A stretch of DNA of 64,000 nucleotides from Planctomycetota bacterium (GCA_965228735.1 OZ245838.1:1632001-1696000); one strand, 5' to 3'. Positions 40,562 to 49,250 are shown, counted from the first letter of the stretch. Notes: generated by a model from the sequence alone, not told the origin. Numbers and translations are program-made.

Positions 40562-41653
40562 CTACTGCACGGTCAGCTCGACGACCGGCGCGATGCCCAG
40601 ATCGCGCGTCCCGGTCGTCGCTGCCGTGCCCGAGCTCCATACCCGTCCGACGGCTTCCCAGCCGCAGACCTGCACCTTGTTGGCCTGGCTCGTGACGATG
40701 CCGAGCGCATTCGCGGTCGGATGGATCGCGCCGGCCTGGTACTTCAGCCACGCGCCGACGAACGCCGGGTTGTTGGGGATGAGGAACGGGAACGTCGCGC
40801 TGCCGTCGCCCTGCGCCACCGAGAACAGCGACCCGCCGACGTCGAGCGACACGAAGCAGCCCGGCGCGCCGAGGATGCCGAGATCCTGCGGCAGCACGAA
40901 GCCCGCCCACGGGCCGGTCTCCTGGTCGCCGAAAACGAGCGTCACGAGCGCGCCAGGCTCGGCATCGAGGATGCGCACGATCCACGGCCGGCCCCAGATC
41001 ACCTGCGTCGTCGAGCTCTCGACGCGCAGCGGTGCCGCGCTCTGCGGCGTGCAGGCGGCGGGCCCGACCGGCACCTCGGGGCTGTTGCACACGTAGGTGA
41101 TGTCGAGCGGATACTGCCCGGGCGGCTGGCCGAACACGACGACCTCGATGCAGAGCCCGCCGAGCGCCGGATCATAGGCGAACGGCGTCTCGAGCACGAT
41201 CGGCGGCAGGAACGCGTTCGGCATCGCCGCGGTGCCGTGCGCCGGCAGCGTGAGCAATTGGCGCGAGAACACGACCGTTTCGTCGACGCCGCGGTTGTTC
41301 GCGAAGCCGACGTCGAGCTGCAGGATCGACGCGGCCGTCGTCGACATGCGGATCTCGCAGTCGACGAGCTTCTGGTTGCTGACGGCGCCACCGTCGATCC
41401 GGAACGCGACCTCGGTGATCGTGACCGGGCCCGTGAAGTTGAGCGGATCGTAGACCGCCTGCACGCGCGTCGGCGTGCCGCGGCCGAACGGCACGTTCGT
41501 CGTGCTCGACCCCTCGCGCGCGGCGTGGGAGCCCGGCACCACGAGTCCGGACTGCGCATGGGCGCTGGTCAGCAGCAGGCTGCCGAGCGTTGCCCAGCCA
41601 AGGACAGAGCCAAGGACACAGCCAAGAGAGAGCCCGATTCCGCGCATTACCAT
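40562..41653 (-). CDS. Secreted beta-sandwich protein with a lineage-type C-terminal domain
   Basis: Signal peptide ending AHA-Q; GAPGC...IPNNPAFVG...YQA...ANALGIVTSQ module. Confidence 0.8.
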   Translation of the reverse strand: MVMRGIGLSLGCVLGSVLGWATLGSLLLTSAHAQSGLVVPGSHAAREGSSTTNVPFGRGTPTRVQAVYDPLNFTGPVTITEVAFRIDGGAVSNQKLVDCEIRMSTTAASILQLDVGFANNRGVDETVVFSRQLLTLPAHGTAAMPNAFLPPIVLETPFAYDPALGGLCIEVVVFGQPPGQYPLDITYVCNSPEVPVGPAACTPQSAAPLRVESSTTQVIWGRPWIVRILDAEPGALVTLVFGDQETGPWAGFVLPQDLGILGAPGCFVSLDVGGSLFSVAQGDGSATFPFLIPNNPAFVGAWLKYQAGAIHPTANALGIVTSQANKVQVCGWEAVGRVWSSGTAATTGTRDLGIAPVVELTVQ

Positions 41654-41725
41654 GGCAAGGGACCATCGTCCGCCTCGCACATGCGGCTTGACCTGACCCG
41701 GCCGTCCTGCCGAAGTACCTGGCGC

Positions 41726-42124
41726 GTGAGCCCTCTCTCCGAACGCGACCTGCACGTCCTCGCCATCGTCGGCGACCCGCGGCCCATGCAGGCCCTGCTC
41801 GCCGACCTGCGCGACCAGTGCATCGCTGTCGACGTTGCCAAGGGGCTTACGGAAGCACGGACCGCGTTCTTCGGCTCGGGCGGCCACGACTGCCTCGTCG
41901 TCGGCCCCGACGTCGCGCCCGGACTCGCCGCGCGCGTGCTCGGGTCGCTGCGCGCGGTCGACCCCAACCTCGCGGCCGCCACGTTCGCGCCGAGTGCGAC
42001 CGAGAACGGCCGCGACGCCGACCGCGCACGTTCGCGCACGGCGATGCTCGCGGGATTCCACCCGAGCTCGCGCGCGGGCAAGGGCGCGCTGCTGCGGTTT
42101 CTCAGCGGGCTGGCGCGCGCCTGA
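41726..42124 (+). CDS. Stand-alone degenerate receiver (CheY-like) domain protein
   Basis: VLAIVGD...L..L....V.VA....EA......HDCLVVGPD follows the REC beta/alpha pattern without the acidic pocket; start uncertain (41681 possible). Confidence 0.55.
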   Translation: MSPLSERDLHVLAIVGDPRPMQALLADLRDQCIAVDVAKGLTEARTAFFGSGGHDCLVVGPDVAPGLAARVLGSLRAVDPNLAAATFAPSATENGRDADRARSRTAMLAGFHPSSRAGKGALLRFLSGLARA

Positions 42125-42317
42125 GGGGCGCGGGCACGCCGAGGATCCGGTCCGCGTGCCGGCGCGTGATCGCAACGATGCCGGCAAGCGCGAGCACGGG
42201 AGCTGCCCTCGCAAGCGGCCCCCCGTTCGAGCGGCGGCGGTCAGGTCACGCCCCCGGCCGGGGAAGTACAGGTATCATCGCGCCACCAATGGCACGGATC
42301 CGAAACGAGGAACGGCG

Positions 42318-42581
42318 ATGACCGTCCGCGAGCGGATTGCCTGGCTCTTCGGGTTCATCGGTGCGTTCATGCTCGCGTTCTTCGTGGGTTGGTTGTGCTA
42401 TGTCCCCATCGGAGAGCCGAACGAAGACCGTCTGCTCCCAATGTGGTTCATGTTCGTGCCCTGGTTTGCGATATGGCCGCTCGCAGAGCTCTTCGATCGA
42501 CGCCGGTGGCGTTCGCGGCGCGCGAATCGACGCCGAGCCGTCCCGACCCCGCCACCCTTGCCGCCCCAGAATCCGCGTTAG
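42318..42581 (+). CDS. Small two-TM membrane protein
   Basis: GAGG RBS, ATG 42318, two hydrophobic helices, basic tail. Confidence 0.6.
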   Translation: MTVRERIAWLFGFIGAFMLAFFVGWLCYVPIGEPNEDRLLPMWFMFVPWFAIWPLAELFDRRRWRSRRANRRRAVPTPPPLPPQNPR

Positions 42582-42642
42582 CGCGGGCGGGCGATGACCG
42601 GAGGGTTGCGACCGCGTCTCGGGCCGAGTCTCATCACGCCGA

Positions 42643-43425
42643 GTGACGTGTGACTTCGGGGTCTGGTCGACGGGGAAGGTCCTCAGCAACGAGGAAGCCG
42701 GCGAGCTGTATGGGCAGCTCTGCGATGGGATCACCGACGGCGTGCTGCCGACTCCGGCGATCGAAGCGTTCTATGGCGAGTTGACGGCGATGCATCCCGA
42801 CCTCGACGACATCCCGGATGACAAGGTCGACGACCTGGAGCAGAGCCCTTGGAGTTGCGGTCTCGGCCGATCTTCGGGCCACGTCCTCATGAACTGCCGT
42901 TGGTCGCGTGCGGAATACTGCTACGGGCTGATTCACGAGCTGGCCTGCAAGCACGGCCTCACCTTCTTCGACCCTCAGTCTGGGGTGGTCCACGATCCGG
43001 ATCTGGCGAAGCCCTCGACCCGGCGGCAGTGCGAAGGACTCCCGTGGAACGGTGACGGCAACGTGATCCGCCGGATCGCGACCGCGGGCTCGGACATATC
43101 TCGACCGATGGTCGTGGACTTCCAACTCGCCTTGCCGGACCGCGGCAGCGCGTTCGCCGCGATGCTCGAGGCCCGCAACCTCGGCTATACCTGCGAAGTG
43201 GACCAGGACGACGACAGCGAGACGTGGACCTGCACGTGCTCGCGGAGCATGACGCTCGACTACAACACGCTGCTCACGACCCAGGCCGAACTGGACCTCG
43301 TCGCCGAGAAACACGGCGGGAAAAGCGACGGCTGGGGCACGTTCGGCAACGCCCCGGCCGAGCCAGCGCCACCGCCACGCCAAGCGTGGTGGACGTTCTG
43401 GTGGTCGTGGTTCCTGCCGAAGTAG
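42643..43425 (+). CDS. Two-domain protein with C-terminal RraB-like (ribonuclease E inhibitor) domain
   Basis: GSDISRPMVVDF...LVAEKHGGKSDGWGT matches the RraB pattern; acidic N-domain with SPWS and HGLTFFDPQ. Confidence 0.72.
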   Translation: MTCDFGVWSTGKVLSNEEAGELYGQLCDGITDGVLPTPAIEAFYGELTAMHPDLDDIPDDKVDDLEQSPWSCGLGRSSGHVLMNCRWSRAEYCYGLIHELACKHGLTFFDPQSGVVHDPDLAKPSTRRQCEGLPWNGDGNVIRRIATAGSDISRPMVVDFQLALPDRGSAFAAMLEARNLGYTCEVDQDDDSETWTCTCSRSMTLDYNTLLTTQAELDLVAEKHGGKSDGWGTFGNAPAEPAPPPRQAWWTFWWSWFLPK

Positions 43426-43480
43426 GCCACGCGAGCCATCGGCGACGCGGCACCTGCCCCCGCTTCGACCGGCAGGAAGG

Positions 43481-43525
43481 TGGGGTGGCTAACGGGATTC
43501 GAAACCGCGACCTCCAGAACCACAA
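43481..43525 (-). repeat. Displaced 3' half of tRNA-His (att direct repeat)
   Basis: 44/45 identity to 44303-44347, from the anticodon loop to CCA. Confidence 0.95.
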
Positions 43526-43629
43526 ACCTCGTCGAGCGGCCTAGGTCTCTACCCGAATCTGCCCCTTCGTGGACAGTGTCCGCGGCGACGGAATGTTCCG
43601 ACCATCCTATTCCGCGCGCGCGATCGGGC

Positions 43630-43950
43630 CTACCGCTTGGTCGACTCCGGCCGCCACTTGTTGCCATACGGGTAGTAGCCGTCGGAGACTTGCACAGGAA
43701 ATGTGACGATGTCCCACGCCAACGTGAACGGCACGGCCGCCAGGAACGCCAGGGGCTTCAAGATGGCTGAGGAGATCGAGTCCCCTCGGGCTGCATCATG
43801 ACGGAAGCCAAGGTCTGTTCTTTCGTCCGGGAACAGGTCAGCATTCGCCCAGATACCAAGCTGAATCGACGCACAGGACTGAGTGGAGCAGAGAGCGATG
43901 AAAAGCAAGGCAGCCCGGCTGCCCCTCCGACCCGTCACTCTCGACCTCAT
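43630..43950 (-). CDS. Small lipoprotein, YceK/YidQ-like
   Basis: Signal peptide with SC-AS; VPFTLAWDIVTFPVQ resembles the family's PF...D...P motif; TATCCT 7 nt before ATG. Confidence 0.6.
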   Translation of the reverse strand: MRSRVTGRRGSRAALLFIALCSTQSCASIQLGIWANADLFPDERTDLGFRHDAARGDSISSAILKPLAFLAAVPFTLAWDIVTFPVQVSDGYYPYGNKWRPESTKR

Positions 43951-44302
43951 TCTGGTCAGGATACCCGTCTCACCGCGACTGTGGAGATCGCCGATGGAGG
44001 GCACTTCTTCCGACTGCGACAGGGCCCTGCCGAGACACCTGAGCGGTAGAGCCAGCGACGGCGATCGGGATGCTTGCACGCCCACTCCAGCGCAGTGATC
44101 GACTCGTGCAGCGACCAGCGCCGGGTTGTCGTGCCCGATGATGCAACCGCGTTCCTTGGCGCCATGCGCGGTTCGCGCATCGTCTTGGTCACCTCGGGTG
44201 CCTCCGTGCGGTTTCGTGGACAGTGTCCGCGAGATTCGCGTGTCCGAACCGCACGGTCCGAGGACCGGTACGCCGCATGTTGCGACGTTCAGCGAAGTTG
44301 AA

Positions 44303-44380
44303 TGGGGTGGCTAACGGGATTCGAACCCGCGACCTCCAGAACCACAATCTGGCGCTCTAACCGACTGAGCTATAGCCACC
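44303..44380 (-). tRNA. tRNA-His (GTG), including encoded G-1 and CCA
   Basis: Cloverleaf: GTGGCTA/TAGCCAC acceptor, CCAGA-TTGTGGT-TCTGG anticodon arm, GGTTCGAATCC, C discriminator. Confidence 0.97.
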
Positions 44381-44393
44381 GTGCGGGGCGAGG

Positions 44394-44422
44394 AGTTTGC
44401 CGCCGGTCCTGGCAGTGGTCAA
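44394..44422 (-). promoter_or_regulatory. Sigma70-like promoter for tRNA-His
   Basis: TTGACC-17 nt-CAAACT on the minus strand, just upstream of the tRNA. Confidence 0.55.
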
Positions 44423-44451
44423 GACGCGCGTTCATCCTTCGCAACGAGAAC

Positions 44452-44480
44452 TTGCGTCGGGCTTTTGCACTCGCTAGTTT
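44452..44480 (+). promoter_or_regulatory. Sigma70-like promoter for tRNA-Lys
   Basis: TTGCGT-17 nt-TAGTTT, 15 nt upstream of the tRNA. Confidence 0.5.
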
Positions 44481-44495
44481 CCCCGCCCCAAACCG

Positions 44496-44571
44496 GCCTC
44501 CGTAGCTCAGTCGGTAGAGCAGCGGATTCTTAATCCGCGGGTCCTAGGTTCGAGCCCTAGCGGAGGTACCA
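44496..44571 (+). tRNA. tRNA-Lys (CTT)
   Basis: 76-nt cloverleaf, GCGGA-TTCTTAA-TCCGC anticodon arm, GGTTCGAGCC, ACCA end. Confidence 0.97.
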
Positions 44572-44577
44572 CATGCA

Positions 44578-44625
44578 ACGGCCGAGGCCCCTGCCACCCA
44601 GGCGGGCTTCGGCCGTCTGCTTTTT
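44578..44625 (+). terminator. Rho-independent terminator after tRNA-Lys
   Basis: ACGGCCGAGGCCC/GGGCTTCGGCCGT stem followed by a T5 tract. Confidence 0.7.
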
Positions 44626-44680
44626 CGGGACGGGTGCTGCTGCCGCCGTCGTCCCGACCGGCGCGCCGGAACCGGTACCT

Positions 44681-45811
44681 TCAGAGCACCTGCACGACGA
44701 CCGGCGCGCCGAGCACGAGGTCCGTGCTGGTGGCCGGCAGCGTGAGGCCCTGGAACGTGACCGGCAGGTTCATCGGCGCCGCCGCCGGCAGCGTGATCGA
44801 GGCGGAGAGGTCCCCCATCGCATCCCCGAAACCGATGCGTAGAACGACGTAGTTGGCCGGATCGATCCAGGCTTCGCCGAGCGGGGTCGGCTGCGGCGCG
44901 CGCAGGCCGAGCCCGGCGATCAATGCGGCCGGCCCGCTCGGCTCGCCGTGCACGGTCGCCGTGATCGTGCCGCCCGGCGGGGCGCTGTTCGCCGTCGTGC
45001 CAGGGAAGGGCTCGAGGGTGCCGGGGGTCGCGCTGGGTGTGATCGACACCGAGGCATCGCGATACAGCGTTGCAGTCGAGCCGAGAAACACGGCGGCGGA
45101 CTGGGTGTTGTTCGGCCCGATGCCACCCGTCACCGTGCTCCGGGTGATCTGAACCACGCCGTCGTAGATGTAGAGTCCGAACCACGGCGGCGCGTAGGAA
45201 CAGATGATCCCCGGGCCACCGGCCGCCCCGACGACGGTCGAGTCGGTGATGGCGAGGCGCCCCCCGTTCATCCAGACGGACTCGCCCGACAGGCAATGCG
45301 ATCCGAGCGACGCGCCTCGATTGCCGCGCACGGTGCACGAGTTGAGCGCGACGTTCGCACCGTAGATCATCAGCGCCGGGTTGACCTGGAGCAATGAGAA
45401 CGGTGTCCCGGCTCCGAGCACGCAGCCCCGCAGGCTCACTGTCACCGACGGACTGACCAGCACGTGCCCGGCCTCGACGTTCTCGACGATGCTGTCGTGG
45501 TCACACCGGAGTTCGAGCACGACGAGGTCGCGGAGCGACGCGACACCCGCCTGACCCAGCGGCCGCAGATGGAGCCGATCGATGCGGGTCGTCCCGGGGC
45601 CGCCCCCGATGAAGTGCAACTGCTTGTTGACGTTCTGAGCCGGGTAGACCCCGCCGCGGATCAGGAGCGTGTCGTCGTGGCTCGCAGCTGCGATCGCGGC
45701 GCCGAGGTCGGTGAAGTTGCCCCCACCGTTCGGGTCGACGATCCAAGTGGTCTGCGCGTTCAGCGCGGCCACGAACCCGAAACCAGCCACCATCGCCAGA
45801 CCCTGCTTCAT
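44681..45811 (-). CDS. Secreted protein with parallel beta-helix-like N-domain and C-terminal beta domain
   Basis: Signal peptide LNA-Q; WIVD..GG.NFTDL.AAI.AA...DTLLIRGG.Y beta-helix cap; Gly-rich repeats. Confidence 0.8.
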   Translation of the reverse strand: MKQGLAMVAGFGFVAALNAQTTWIVDPNGGGNFTDLGAAIAAASHDDTLLIRGGVYPAQNVNKQLHFIGGGPGTTRIDRLHLRPLGQAGVASLRDLVVLELRCDHDSIVENVEAGHVLVSPSVTVSLRGCVLGAGTPFSLLQVNPALMIYGANVALNSCTVRGNRGASLGSHCLSGESVWMNGGRLAITDSTVVGAAGGPGIICSYAPPWFGLYIYDGVVQITRSTVTGGIGPNNTQSAAVFLGSTATLYRDASVSITPSATPGTLEPFPGTTANSAPPGGTITATVHGEPSGPAALIAGLGLRAPQPTPLGEAWIDPANYVVLRIGFGDAMGDLSASITLPAAAPMNLPVTFQGLTLPATSTDLVLGAPVVVQVL

Positions 45812-45926
45812 ACGGCGGTCCTCTCCGCCGGCCACCGTCGGCCGACCTCGGCCAGGATAGACGGTCCCCGCCGTTCTGCCATCCCCGCCGGCCGCGGCCC
45901 GGCGAGCGACCGCCGTCGCGGCGCGC

Positions 45927-47816
45927 CTACGCCTCGCCGACGGACGAGACCGGGCTGTGCGGCGCCATCACGGGCTCGCGCGGCAGGCGCAGGTAGAACG
46001 TCGTGCCGACGCCCTCCTCGGAGTCGAACGACACCGTGCCGCCGTGCGCCTGGACGATCTCGCGCACGATGTGCAGGCCGAGGCCGCTGCCGCTGATGCC
46101 CGAGCTGTTGCTGCCGCGCGAGAACCGGCGGAACAGCTTCGGCCGGTCCGCCTCGGGGATCCCGATGCCGTTGTCGCGCACGTAGACCTGCCACATGTCG
46201 TCGCCGTCGTCCTCGCAGCCGACCTCGATGCGCGGCTGCCGGTCCTGGGCGGCGAACGACACGGCGTTGCCGATGAGGTTGAGCAGGACCCGCTTGAGCC
46301 CCCACGCGTCGGCCTCGATCGTCGGGCCCTCGACGATCTCGACGTCGACGTCGGCCACCTCGAGCTCGAAGTGCAGGGTGCGCACGACCTCGCGCGCGAC
46401 CGCCGCCACGTCGCACGACTGGAACTCGAGCCGCACGCCGTCGTGATCGAGCTGCGAGCTGTCGAGCAGGTCGCTGACGAGCTTGCGCATCACGTCGATG
46501 CCCTCGAGGCCGTGCTGCACGGCCTCCTTGACCTTCGCCGGCACCTCGCCGAGCGTGCCACGCTCCACGAGGTTGAGCATGACGCCGAGCGCGCCGAGCG
46601 GGCGCTTGAGGTCGTGCACCGCGGTCTGCGTGAACTCGACGAGGTCGTGGACCTTCTTCTCGTAGCGGCTGCGCTCCTCGTCGAGCTCGCCGAAGCGTTG
46701 CGCGAGTTCGAGGTTGGCCTGGACCGAGTGGTCGAGCATCTCGGTCGCGCCCTCCTCCTCGGGTGCGGCAGGCGCGCTCTCGGGCGCCGCAGCGTGGGCC
46801 GCGTTGGCGGCGTCGACGAGCGCGTCGGCGGCCAGCTTCGGTGCGTCGACGAGCTCGTCGAGGTCGATGTCGAGGTCCTCGTTCGTGAGCACCTCACCGC
46901 TCGGCAGCGGTGCTGCCGGACCCGAGACCTCGTTCAGCGAGTAGTCGAGCTGGAAGTCCTCGTCCGTGGCCTCCTCGGCCGTCGCGCCAGGAGTGCTCGG
47001 CATCTGCTGCTGCAGCTCGTCGAGCAGCTGCGGCGAGTCCCAGAACGGATCCTCGAGCGCGGGGTCCGCGGCGGCCGGCGATTGACCGTCCGGGATCTCG
47101 ACGCGCACCTGCGGCGTCTCGTCGATCGGGGTGACCTCGCGCGCGCGACGGGCCTCGTCGCACGCCTCCCACAGCCGCTGCCGCGCCTCGTCGGCGACGG
47201 CGCGCGCGTCGAACTCCTCGTCGAGCTCGAGTCGCGCGACCTGGCCCTCGATGAGGCGCCCGGCCGCTTCGACGAACGCCTCGAACACGCCGTGGCCCTC
47301 GGTCGCGACCGTCGGGAACGCATCGATGTCGTCGCGGAACCGGAAGTGCTGGTCGAGCTCCGGCTCGGACAGGATGTCGTCCAGATCGCGCTTGTTGTAC
47401 TGCATCACGATCGGGATGTCCGCGGACGTCGTCCGGATCGTGCTGAGGTTGTCGCGCATGCTCTGCAGCGACTCGAGGTTCTCCTGCAGGCGGCTCGCCT
47501 GGCTGTCGACGACGAACACCACGGCGTCCGCGCCCTGCAGCACGAGCTGCCGCATGAGGCGATACTTCGGCTGCCCGGGAACGGTGTAGCCCTTGATGCG
47601 GATCTTGAACCCGCCGATCGTCCCGAGGTTGATCGGCAGGAAGTCGAACATCAGCGTCGAATCCTCTTCCGTGCTGATCGACAGCAGCTGCACCTCGTTG
47701 CGCGGGCTGAAGATGCTGTGGACCTGCTGCAGACTCGTCGTCTTGCCGCCCACGCCGACCCCGTAGTACACGAGTTTGGCGTTGATCGTCCGTTCCGCGA
47801 CGTTGATGTAGCCCAT
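45927..47816 (-). CDS. MglA-family small GTPase fused to a HisKA/HATPase_c histidine kinase
   Basis: INAKLVYYGVGVGGKTT, TLMFDFLP, YTVPGQ, QYNKRDL; acidic linker; H-box AVHDLKRP, N-box NLIGNA, DNGIGI, GSGLGL. Confidence 0.93.
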   Translation of the reverse strand: MGYINVAERTINAKLVYYGVGVGGKTTSLQQVHSIFSPRNEVQLLSISTEEDSTLMFDFLPINLGTIGGFKIRIKGYTVPGQPKYRLMRQLVLQGADAVVFVVDSQASRLQENLESLQSMRDNLSTIRTTSADIPIVMQYNKRDLDDILSEPELDQHFRFRDDIDAFPTVATEGHGVFEAFVEAAGRLIEGQVARLELDEEFDARAVADEARQRLWEACDEARRAREVTPIDETPQVRVEIPDGQSPAAADPALEDPFWDSPQLLDELQQQMPSTPGATAEEATDEDFQLDYSLNEVSGPAAPLPSGEVLTNEDLDIDLDELVDAPKLAADALVDAANAAHAAAPESAPAAPEEEGATEMLDHSVQANLELAQRFGELDEERSRYEKKVHDLVEFTQTAVHDLKRPLGALGVMLNLVERGTLGEVPAKVKEAVQHGLEGIDVMRKLVSDLLDSSQLDHDGVRLEFQSCDVAAVAREVVRTLHFELEVADVDVEIVEGPTIEADAWGLKRVLLNLIGNAVSFAAQDRQPRIEVGCEDDGDDMWQVYVRDNGIGIPEADRPKLFRRFSRGSNSSGISGSGLGLHIVREIVQAHGGTVSFDSEEGVGTTFYLRLPREPVMAPHSPVSSVGEA

Positions 47817-47861
47817 GGATAGCGGCGCCGAGCGAGGCGCGGGGCCAATCTCATCGGCAGA

Positions 47862-49250
47862 TCACCGGACTCGTCTGAACGGATCCCGTTGCACCGTCGG
47901 GAGCAGCACCGCCCGGTAGGGTTTTCCAGCGCCGGTGACCGCGGCGAACGCGGCGTGAGCGTCCGCGGCGGTCACCGCCGCGACCGCCGCGGCGTCGATC
48001 CCGGCGGCCGCCGCCCGCATGGCAACGAGCACCCGACCCGGCGCGACGACGGCTGTCGAGTTCCACGGCAGTGGCGCGTTCTCCGACACGATGACGTCCC
48101 GGGCCCGGGCGAGCTCCTTGCTGCTCGGCGGCCGGTTGTCGAGGTCGTCGAGCAGCTGCTCGATCGCCGCAAACGCCTTGTCCGCGGCGTGACCGGTGTG
48201 CGCGCGCCGCAGCAGGACGAGCACGGGCTCGTGGTCCGCCCACGACCAGGCGACGAACGGCGCGCGGGCCCTGACGTGGACCCCGCGGATCACGGCCGGC
48301 GTGCGTGCCAGCGCGCGCTCGCGGGCGACCTCCACGAGCACGGCGAGCGCTGCACCGCGAAGCTCGCGCGGCACGGCGAACGCGACCGCCGCGAACGGGC
48401 CGTCGACGCGGGAGTGTGGGATGCGTTCGGGCTCGGTGGCGTGCTCCGTGCGAGACGGACTGCGCGTGGCCGCTCCGACGACGTCGGCGAAGGATTGGCC
48501 CGGCGTTGCCGACGGCGGCACCGTGACCGTGAGATCCAGGGGCCGCACTCCCGGGGGCAGCTCGCCGAACACCCGGTACGTCACGCCACCGCGCCACGGC
48601 AGCAGCGCTCGCACGCGCGCGGCCGTCACATTCTGCAGGGCGGCCGCGCTGCCGTGCAGGCCGCGATCGCCGGTCGCTCCGTCGGCGAACGCGCGGCGGG
48701 CGCGGCTCTGCAGCATCGAGCCCGGATACAGCCATTCGGCGTCGTCCGCGACGAGCGCGGCCCGCGCGATCTCGAGCTCGATGGCGTCCGTCGTCGGCGA
48801 CTCGGCGTCGACGTCGCCGCGGACCAACGCCTGCAGGAACGCGACCCCCGCTCGCCACTCCGAGGGGCGAACGGTCACGAAATGGACCGCGCTCCGATCC
48901 CGCACCTGGCTGCCGCTCTGTCGGACCCCGGGGACCGCGGCCCGCGCGCGCGCGCTCCGGCACGCCGCGACGACGCGGGCGACCCCGGCCTCCGCCGCAT
49001 CGTCGTCGAGCACCCCGTGCGGTTCGAGCATGGCGAACACCAGAGTGCCGCTGTCCGGGACGGCAACGATCTGTGGTGTGACGACCCGGCCGACCAGTGG
49101 TGACCCGGGATTCTGGGCCGGCCCAGAATCCCGGGCGGGCGCCGGTTCCTGTGCCGGCGGCGACTCCTGGGCACGGACCACGGCCGAACCCGTCAGCGGC
49201 GAAGCGCAGACCAACGACCAGAACAACGACGACGAACGGAATGGAGTCAT
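47862..49250 (-). CDS. Secreted protein, probable inactive M16 peptidase-like fold
   Basis: Signal peptide; GSAAALQNVTAARVR, SKELARAR and AVAAVTAAD resemble M16 motifs; no HxxEH. Confidence 0.5.
   Translation of the reverse strand: MTPFRSSSLFWSLVCASPLTGSAVVRAQESPPAQEPAPARDSGPAQNPGSPLVGRVVTPQIVAVPDSGTLVFAMLEPHGVLDDDAAEAGVARVVAACRSARARAAVPGVRQSGSQVRDRSAVHFVTVRPSEWRAGVAFLQALVRGDVDAESPTTDAIELEIARAALVADDAEWLYPGSMLQSRARRAFADGATGDRGLHGSAAALQNVTAARVRALLPWRGGVTYRVFGELPPGVRPLDLTVTVPPSATPGQSFADVVGAATRSPSRTEHATEPERIPHSRVDGPFAAVAFAVPRELRGAALAVLVEVARERALARTPAVIRGVHVRARAPFVAWSWADHEPVLVLLRRAHTGHAADKAFAAIEQLLDDLDNRPPSSKELARARDVIVSENAPLPWNSTAVVAPGRVLVAMRAAAAGIDAAAVAAVTAADAHAAFAAVTGAGKPYRAVLLPTVQRDPFRRVR
49104..49135. 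repeat. Perfect 32-bp palindrome inside a CDS
   Basis: CCCGGGATTCTGGGCCGGCCCAGAATCCCGGG equals its own reverse complement. Confidence 0.95.

Larger units (their letters stand above)
43481..44347. mobile_element. Integrase-less genomic islet inserted in tRNA-His
   Basis: Flanked by a 45-bp tRNA 3' duplication; internal 19-bp repeat at 43566-43584 and 44213-44231; visibly more AT-rich. Confidence 0.8.

Noticed and set aside
41596..41631. Three imperfect 12-bp tandem units (AGCCAAGGACAG-like) in a signal peptide
   Set aside because: In-frame, short and degenerate; no evidence of phase variation
43481..43525. Second tRNA-His gene
   Set aside because: Lacks the D-arm and 5' acceptor strand; it is an att fragment
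43956..44301. Short ORFs in the tRNA-His islet as integrase remnants
   Set aside because: No tyrosine or serine recombinase motifs in the translations provided
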